From assembly GCA_020632135.1 (NCBI GenBank), contig JACKGC010000001.1, positions 244,241 to 308,240 of the forward strand: 64,000 nucleotides of DNA, read 5' to 3'. This document shows, one piece after another, positions 63,827-64,000 of this stretch. The notes under the pieces were generated by a model. That model did no database searches. It was not told the origin of the DNA and saw only the letters and a list, made by a program, of their open reading frames with translations. This DNA comes from Candidatus Nomurabacteria bacterium. Its GTDB lineage: Bacteria; Patescibacteriota; Minisyncoccia; Phycocordibacterales; UBA918. Position 1 is the first letter of the stretch. Each line of letters begins with the position of its first letter. The position numbers were made by a program, and so were the translations under genes.

Positions 63827-64000
63827 GTAACGCACTGAAAATGGCGCAGGGGCAAAGCCCCTGCGCCATTTTCATATACTCACATCGATCCCCAGCCAGC
63901 TTACCCGCGCGGCATCCACGAAGTGGATGCCGCGCTTTTACATACATATGTCATAATACAGATACCATGCTCTTTCTTTCGTTTGTGCATCACTATTTAC

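Noticed and set aside
1-64000. Alternative genetic code (UGA as Gly or Trp, as in some CPR lineages such as Gracilibacteria/SR1) to explain the two in-frame TGAs
   Set aside because: All long housekeeping ORFs are intact under the standard code. Several well-recognised genes (for example pgk at 15937-15939) terminate with TGA at the expected C-terminus directly before a terminator. Global UGA reassignment is therefore not supported.
1-64000. CRISPR arrays, rRNA genes, RNase P / SRP / 6S RNAs
   Set aside because: No regularly spaced direct repeats were seen. No sequence resembling the conserved cores of these RNAs was recognised in any intergenic region longer than 150 bp.

Overview
64-kb chromosomal window, about 50% GC, gene-dense and mostly housekeeping. 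The gene set suggests a small-genome Patescibacteria/CPR (Parcubacteria-like) bacterium, but that is inference only: CxxC-x17-CxxC zinc-ribbon proteins, an ECF sigma plus DUF5667-like partner, a type IV pilus operon, a split ComEC, a trigger factor without a PPIase domain, and tRNAs without encoded CCA next to a cca gene. Recognisable genes are rpsL/rpsG, rpmB, Fe/Mn SOD, ComEC channel plus a separate MBL domain, two RNase H genes, recJ, HIT, pgk-tpiA, pilB-pilC plus three pilin-like genes, nusA, ppa, tig, clpP, rny, HU, VOC, MscS, a GATase1 next to a possible GCS2-like ligase, ECF sigma, NUDIX, YraN, cca, xth and a cold-shock protein. There are five tRNAs: Gly-UCC, Pro-UGG, Gly-GCC, Arg-UCG and Leu-CAG. 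No rRNA or CRISPR array was seen. The accessory content is concentrated at the tRNAs. (1) A 5.4-kb island sits at the 3' end of tRNA-Gly(UCC). It carries a frameshifted large serine recombinase, a heavily decayed nuclease-methylase-TRD (Type IIG-like) gene, two inverted copies of a small XRE/C-protein gene, and nested inverted repeats that include an internal inverted copy of the island's own joined ends around a GCACA core. (2) Four of the five tRNAs are followed by a ~170-230 bp element made of a terminator hairpin, a structured segment and a copy of that tRNA's last 18 nt. Two of these elements share an 87%-identical 63-nt core flanked by hairpins whose sequences differ but whose positions are conserved. 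Other oddities: acceptor-stem-like hairpins upstream of two tRNAs, repeat- and palindrome-rich spacers around rpsL/rpsG, a G15/G12/C8 homopolymer block, two in-frame TGA codons, several pseudogenes, and a high-GC orphan gene between recJ and the RNase H pair. All functional calls come from reading motifs by eye; no database search was run.
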